Shown here one piece after another: positions 59,878 to 64,000 of a stretch of 64,000 nt of DNA. Under the pieces are notes generated by a model that had not been told where the DNA came from, did no database searches, and saw only the letters and a list, made by a program, of their open reading frames with translations. Origin of the DNA: Spirochaetota bacterium. GTDB taxonomy: Bacteria > Spirochaetota > UBA4802 > UBA5550. The DNA lies in the NCBI GenBank assembly GCA_963663865.1, contig OY760686.1, positions 416,001 to 480,000 on the forward strand, given 5' to 3'. The first letter of the stretch is position 1. Each line of letters begins with the position of its first letter. Both the position numbers and the translations under genes were made by a program.

Positions 59878-60714
59878 ATGGCCGCCTCTGTCGTCTGCCC
59901 GGTTTGCGGCTCAGACAGAGTTGCTGTCTCCGGCGGGAATGTCTATTTCTGCCGGAAATGCCGTACTGCTGTAAATACCGCCCACCAGATTCTGCCGTAC
60001 AGCGCTGAGTATTTTACCACCGAGTACAGTGCCCAATACGGTCTTACATACGAAGAAGACTTTCCGAATATCTACAGAGCCTCCAGAACACGCATTGACC
60101 GGATAAAAGCCACATTGGGCGTTTCTTCTCTGAAGGGTAAGTCTGTGCTTGATTTGGGTTCGGCGCTGGGATTTTTTCTGAAAGCAGCAGCTGACAGCGG
60201 TGCAGAAAAGGTAACAGGGGTTGAGGTTTCAAAGTATGCATCGGCTTTTGCCAGAGACAGACTCGGTATAAAAACTATTAACACCGTGTTTGAACAGACT
60301 GACTTTAATGATAAATTTGATATTGTTACCGCATGGTATTTCATTGAGCACTGCGCTGACACTGTTGGAATTATAAGTAAAATCTCAGGGCTGCTCAAGC
60401 CTGGCGGAATTTTAGCTTTCTCTGTACCTTCGGTTTTCGGGCCGCAGTTCTTGCTTAACCGTGAGAAGTGGCTCAGGGAAAGGCCTGTTGATCATAAGAT
60501 TGATCTCTCGCCCCGGTCAGCCGCGATTCTTCTGAAGAATGCCGGTTTTCACCGAATCAGGACTTATCCGTCGGGAATGCACCCGGACAGGGTGTTTAAC
60601 AGCAGGGGATTCTTGTTCAGACCTCTGTCGGCAGTTTACAGGCTGTTTTCCCGGATGACAGGTTTTTCAGATACAATTGAGGTCTACGCTGTTAAGAGGT
60701 CCGGGAAAAGTTAA
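59878..60714 (+). CDS. Class I SAM-dependent methyltransferase with N-terminal Zn ribbon
   Basis: CPVCG...CRKC, VLDLGSALG, GVE.S, IEH, LKPGG; start ATG 59878. Confidence 0.88.
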   Translation: MAASVVCPVCGSDRVAVSGGNVYFCRKCRTAVNTAHQILPYSAEYFTTEYSAQYGLTYEEDFPNIYRASRTRIDRIKATLGVSSLKGKSVLDLGSALGFFLKAAADSGAEKVTGVEVSKYASAFARDRLGIKTINTVFEQTDFNDKFDIVTAWYFIEHCADTVGIISKISGLLKPGGILAFSVPSVFGPQFLLNREKWLRERPVDHKIDLSPRSAAILLKNAGFHRIRTYPSGMHPDRVFNSRGFLFRPLSAVYRLFSRMTGFSDTIEVYAVKRSGKS

Positions 60715-63383
60715 ATAAATATTTCCCGTGGTTTGCTTCCCTGCTGAGGGCCAACGTATCCGCGGTCTTCCATCTGCTCAATTATTCTCGCAGCGCGGTT
60801 GTATCCTATACTCAGCCGCCTCTGAAGATATGACGCGGAGGCTTTCCGTGTTTCTTCAACGATTTTCAGCGCTTCAACGAAAAGCTCATCATCCCCCTCA
60901 TCTTCCTGTCTCTGCTGCTCTGCCGCAAAGAGGCACTCTTCTATATCAATGTAATCAGGCCTGGCGTATTTTTTCAGGTGTTCTACTACGCTAATGCTCT
61001 CGTCCTCAGAGATGAACGCTCCCTGTACCCTTACCGGGAATGAACTCATTGGAGACTGATAGAGCATGTCGCCCTTCCCCAGGAGCTTTTCGGCTCCGTT
61101 CTGGTCAATAATGGTGCGCGAGTCGGTTTTTTGAGCGACTTGAAAGGCAATGCGGGCAGGGACATTGGCCTTGATTATTCCCGTCAGAACATCGACCGAC
61201 GGCCTCTGCGTAGCGAGAACGAGGTGAATACCTATTGCCCTCGCTTTTTGAGCAAGCCGTGTTATATAGCCTTCGACCTCCTTGCTGGCAACCATCATGA
61301 GGTCTGCAAGCTCGTCAATTATAACGACTATGTAGGGCAGGTTTTCAAGCGAACCGCTCTGAGAAGCTTTCTCGTTATAGCGCTCAATGTCGCGCGTGTT
61401 TACGGCTGAAAGCAGCCGGTATCTCCTGTCCATTTCGTAGATGGCCCATTTCAGCGCCATTGGGGCCGCGTGAGGCTCAGTTATAACTGGAGTGAGAAGA
61501 TGAGGCATGCCGTCGTATATCTGAAGTTCAACCATTTTCGGGTCAACCATGATGAATCTGACATAGTTCGGATCGTAGTTGTATACGAGGCTTGATATGA
61601 TAGCGTTAACACATACTGATTTACCTGAGCCTGTGGCACCGGCGATGAGGAGATGTGGAAGCCGCTTCAGGTCGAGGGTTAACGGTTTACCGAGTATGTC
61701 TTTCCCGAGAGCTACTTTCAGGCAGCCCGGCTTTGTCAGGTACTCGTCTGAGGTAATAATGTCACCGACAGTGACCATCTCTCTGATCTTATTGGGAACT
61801 TCAACTCCTATAGCAGACTTGCCCGGAATAGGGGCGACTATTCTTACGCGCGACGCTGCAAGTGCCATGGCAATGTCGTCGGAAAGGCTCACTATTCGAT
61901 TTACCTTTATGCCGGGTGCGATCTGAAGCTCATACAATGTTATTACCGGGCCTCTGTTTACGTTTACAACCTTTGATTCTATACTGAAGTCAGCAAGAGT
62001 GTTGACGAGCAATGCCGAGTATTTTTTAATCTCGTTCTGCCAGCTCTCAGTGTCCGCGGGCGTAGAAGAGGTTAAGAAGCCGGTTGGAATAATATAGTCA
62101 TTGTTGATCGGGATTTCGTCAAAGAGCTGTTCTACTGCTTCCGCTGAACTGTCTGCAATGCTCTCGGGAGTATTTCCCTTGCCGATGTGATCATCGTTAT
62201 CTAAAAATTCATCAATGTGAGATGGAGATTCAGAAGCGACTTGTTCTTCGAGTCCAATCGATATAATCCTGTTGCGCGAGATTGTATCATCAAGTTTTGA
62301 CGACTGGTTCTCAGAGTTGCCCTGTTTTTTTGATGCAGAGTGTAATTCAACCGCTTCCGTAAAATCAGGCGTCAATGGGGCTTGTTCATCAGTATAATCA
62401 TATTCTTCAATATCTTCAGAAATATTTTCTTCAGATATATCGGATGAGTCTATGGTAATTATTTCAAGCCCTTCATCCTGTGAGATGTCGTCGGGAGAAA
62501 CGATTGTGTCATCTTCATCTATGAAGCTCCATTCCGGGGTTTCATTGCTGTCGAATGAAGACGTTTGTAAACCGCTGTTTCCGATGATTTCCTGAACCCT
62601 CGGCTCTTTCAATGACTCGCGTATCATTTCGTGCACTGAACCGGAACTTGAGAGTATGCTGCCGGCAGCTTCAGTGACTGAGAGTTGAAGGTATTTTGCG
62701 GAATTATCCGGCTGAGCGGCAGGATGATTTACCGGAATAGTTTTTTTGACAATCCAGGGCATTCTCTTTTTGCCGCTTTTTTTCAGGTCTTCCTGAATAG
62801 AATTGAGCGGTATTGTATCACTGTATTTTTTCGAAGCGAAAAGTCCGCCGAAAAAACGGATTTTATCGGCGGAATGACGGCGGTCGAGGAAGTCTGCCAC
62901 AACTCTGGAAAAGGAAACAAGGCCAAGAAGAGAAAGAGCTATCAGATTTAACACTACTTCAACAATCAAAGAGCCGGCGCTGCCGAGTAGTGAAAGCAGC
63001 ATAGCGTTGAGATATGAGCCGACAATTCCACCGGAGAGCTGCACCGCGGTGTCATAGACAGCTGAGATGAATATTGACAGCGTTATTGAAAAGAAGATAA
63101 GCGAGAATACCTTTTCGAGTACAGGCCTCGGGGAGCCGCTGCGGACCATGCTGAATCCGCAGATGCATATAGCCGCAGCGATTATATATGCGGTGAGGCC
63201 GAAAGCCGTCCGGAAAACATGCGCTATCCATGCCCCGACAGGGCCAATAATGTTGGATATGACGCCTCCGCCCGCAAGAACCCTGTAGTCTTCATGGCTG
63301 TATGACGCGAGCGCGAGAACAATGAGCACTGAAACCAGGATAACAGCAATGCCAAGTATCTCCTGGCCTTTCCCTCTGAACAA
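60711..63383 (-). CDS. ftsK: DNA translocase FtsK
   Basis: 4TM N-terminus, acidic linker, PHLLIAGATGSGKS, DELADLMM, ATQRPS, gamma domain LQRRLSIGYNRAAR; GGAGG before TTG. Confidence 0.97.
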   Translation of the reverse strand: MFRGKGQEILGIAVILVSVLIVLALASYSHEDYRVLAGGGVISNIIGPVGAWIAHVFRTAFGLTAYIIAAAICICGFSMVRSGSPRPVLEKVFSLIFFSITLSIFISAVYDTAVQLSGGIVGSYLNAMLLSLLGSAGSLIVEVVLNLIALSLLGLVSFSRVVADFLDRRHSADKIRFFGGLFASKKYSDTIPLNSIQEDLKKSGKKRMPWIVKKTIPVNHPAAQPDNSAKYLQLSVTEAAGSILSSSGSVHEMIRESLKEPRVQEIIGNSGLQTSSFDSNETPEWSFIDEDDTIVSPDDISQDEGLEIITIDSSDISEENISEDIEEYDYTDEQAPLTPDFTEAVELHSASKKQGNSENQSSKLDDTISRNRIISIGLEEQVASESPSHIDEFLDNDDHIGKGNTPESIADSSAEAVEQLFDEIPINNDYIIPTGFLTSSTPADTESWQNEIKKYSALLVNTLADFSIESKVVNVNRGPVITLYELQIAPGIKVNRIVSLSDDIAMALAASRVRIVAPIPGKSAIGVEVPNKIREMVTVGDIITSDEYLTKPGCLKVALGKDILGKPLTLDLKRLPHLLIAGATGSGKSVCVNAIISSLVYNYDPNYVRFIMVDPKMVELQIYDGMPHLLTPVITEPHAAPMALKWAIYEMDRRYRLLSAVNTRDIERYNEKASQSGSLENLPYIVVIIDELADLMMVASKEVEGYITRLAQKARAIGIHLVLATQRPSVDVLTGIIKANVPARIAFQVAQKTDSRTIIDQNGAEKLLGKGDMLYQSPMSSFPVRVQGAFISEDESISVVEHLKKYARPDYIDIEECLFAAEQQRQEDEGDDELFVEALKIVEETRKASASYLQRRLSIGYNRAARIIEQMEDRGYVGPQQGSKPREIFI

Positions 63384-63398
63384 CTCTGAGCCTCCATG

Positions 63399-64000
63399 CT
63401 ATTTTACAAGGTGAATAATGGCCAGTCCGCAAACCCCGGCCGCAATAGTATAGTAGCCGAAGATGTCCAGTCTCACCCTTTTTACCGCTGCCAGGAGTAA
63501 TTTAATCGCGAAAACAGCGACCAATGTCGCTACCGCGAAGGAAATTCCCAGCGGCAGAAATATCTCCGGCTTGACTGAACCCTGAGCCGCCTTGATGCCC
63601 TCCATGAGGCCGGCTCCCGCTATGACGGGCACAGCCATCAGAAAAGAGAACCTGGCCGATTCAAGAGGGGCAAGACCCGCAAGCATGCCGCCTGCTATTG
63701 TCATTCCTGACCGGGATATTCCTGGCAAAATTGCCAGAGCCTGGAACAGCCCAACGACGAATGAGCGGAAAAGGCCTATCTCACTTATTTGTCGGCTTTT
63801 CAGAGGAATTTTCTTAGTCAGTATGAGCGCAATTCCGTTGATTATGAGGAGAATAAGCGTGAGCGTCACTATTCCGTATATTGATTCAAACGCATCGTTC
63901 AGGGCTATGCCGATGGCTCCGGCAGGCACAGAGGCAACGAGAATGTTCAAAGCGGAACGGAATCCGGGATCAGTGAAGTCTCTGGTCCGCAATCCTCTGA
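63399..64000 (-). CDS. uppP: Undecaprenyl-diphosphate phosphatase (5' end outside window)
   Basis: GLFQALAILPGISRSGMT, ARFSFLM; frame open to the window edge. Confidence 0.93.
   Translation of the reverse strand, partial: RGLRTRDFTDPGFRSALNILVASVPAGAIGIALNDAFESIYGIVTLTLILLIINGIALILTKKIPLKSRQISEIGLFRSFVVGLFQALAILPGISRSGMTIAGGMLAGLAPLESARFSFLMAVPVIAGAGLMEGIKAAQGSVKPEIFLPLGISFAVATLVAVFAIKLLLAAVKRVRLDIFGYYTIAAGVCGLAIIHLVK

Noticed and set aside
1184-63288. Numerous 60-175 aa ORFs nested in or antisense to assigned genes
   Set aside because: Shadow ORFs without RBS or motifs, expected at this GC content
1-64000. CRISPR arrays, tRNA/rRNA, IS elements, prophage
   Set aside because: No periodic repeats, tRNA T-loop/acceptor patterns or mobility genes seen on manual reading; tRNAscan/Infernal would be needed for certainty

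Overview
A gene-dense bacterial chromosomal window of roughly 45-50% GC by eye. It most likely comes from an anaerobic spirochaete; this is an inference from the spirochaete-like lipoboxes, a GAF-GGDEF DgcA-like cyclase, a stand-alone DbpA-domain protein and many TPR/STAS genes. Housekeeping genes include def, gpmA, surE, nhaA, pabB/pabC, ppdK, pyk, purD, radA, ruvA, ftsK and uppP. I found no rRNA, tRNA, CRISPR array, integrase or transposase. The accessory content is dominated by four GH3-fold lipoproteins. Two (14868, 20261) keep the canonical glucose -1 subsite. Two paralogues (50403, 54805) have lost most of those residues and look repurposed. The 20261 gene heads a low-GC three-gene module with an orphan sugar-binding lipoprotein and a two-TM sensor fused directly to an AraC HTH, which is a candidate one-component glycan-sensing system. 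Also present: a STAS/STAS/RsbW partner switch, an internally deleted diguanylate cyclase, a Cys-rich PAS-GGDEF, a degenerate PilZ-like protein, a GlnR-like regulator, and small ORFs missing from the ORF track. All calls come from reading motifs by eye; no searches were run.
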